Below, one piece after another: positions 63,606 through 64,000 of a stretch of 64,000 bases of DNA (position 1 is the first letter of the stretch; every line of letters starts with the position of its first letter). Below the pieces are notes generated by a model that was given only the letters and a program-made list of their open reading frames with translations, did not search any database and was not told where the DNA came from. The position numbers and the translations under genes were made by a program. The stretch is from Candidatus Bathyarchaeota archaeon (GTDB taxonomy: Archaea; Thermoproteota; Bathyarchaeia; Bathyarchaeales; Bathycorpusculaceae). Location of the stretch: the NCBI GenBank assembly GCA_963826715.1, contig CAWGYA010000008.1, forward strand, positions 1,088,001 to 1,152,000. Reading direction: 5' to 3'.

Positions 63606-64000
63606 AGGTTCCTCAATCAATAAGAGATATTGCGGAAGGTGCAGAATCACTTGTTTACGTTGAAGATTTAAGCAGCAGACGAGGCATCATGCAAGCTATA
63701 AACCCCGTTGCTAAACTCTTCACCATCGTTGGTATGATAGTTGCTGCGCTCTTCATCACCAATTTGACTGTTCTACTTGCGGTCTGCTTGATCCCTTTGG
63801 TTTTAGCATTGACCTCTCGGATTCCGCTAAAGACCTTTTTTTCAAGAACCGCCATGATCACCATGTTTTCCGCCTTCATTTCTCTGCCCTGGCTTTTCTG
63901 GACTTCTGGCTTAGCTTTGTGGTCAACCAATATAGGGGGAATTCACCTTATCATAACCGTTGAGGGTCTAACAAGTGCTGCCGTTTTCACGACTCGTGTA
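63602..64000 (+). CDS. cbiQ: ECF transporter T component CbiQ/NikQ (partial, runs off window)
   Basis: Manual translation MKVPQSIRDIAEGAESLVYVEDLSSRRGIMQAINPVAKLF... followed by TM helices. ATGA overlap with the upstream gene. Confidence 0.8.
   Translation, partial: MKVPQSIRDIAEGAESLVYVEDLSSRRGIMQAINPVAKLFTIVGMIVAALFITNLTVLLAVCLIPLVLALTSRIPLKTFFSRTAMITMFSAFISLPWLFWTSGLALWSTNIGGIHLIITVEGLTSAAVFTTRV

Overview
Archaeal chromosomal window. The gene set (topo VI, aCPSF1/FttA, proteasome beta, L14e, Cbf5, EgsA, SepF) and the hypothetical-protein types suggest Bathyarchaeia (inference, no search run). 1-30.6 kb is mostly housekeeping: tRNA modification, thiL, queT-queC, proteasome, a serC-like/serA/DUF1015 operon, topo VI, Lhr helicase and two tRNA-Thr genes, plus a pilin/Roadblock cluster. 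A 23S rRNA gene (~31.36-34.40 kb) has no adjacent 16S or 5S and is enclosed by a ~100-bp processing stem. 34.7-59 kb is accessory: two large surface proteases, a divergent aRF1 paralog, a cbb3-type (C-family) heme-copper oxidase cluster with ccoS and ccmF, and a TA islet beside an intron-containing tRNA-Leu. The window ends with larE/larC/larB and a Ni/Co ECF transporter under tandem NikR-like boxes. Best leads: (1) the cbb3 oxidase module in a presumed anaerobic archaeon, (2) a riboswitch-like pseudoknot covering the RBS of queT-queC, (3) the pilin-Roadblock operon, (4) the aRF1 paralog with degenerate stop-recognition motifs.
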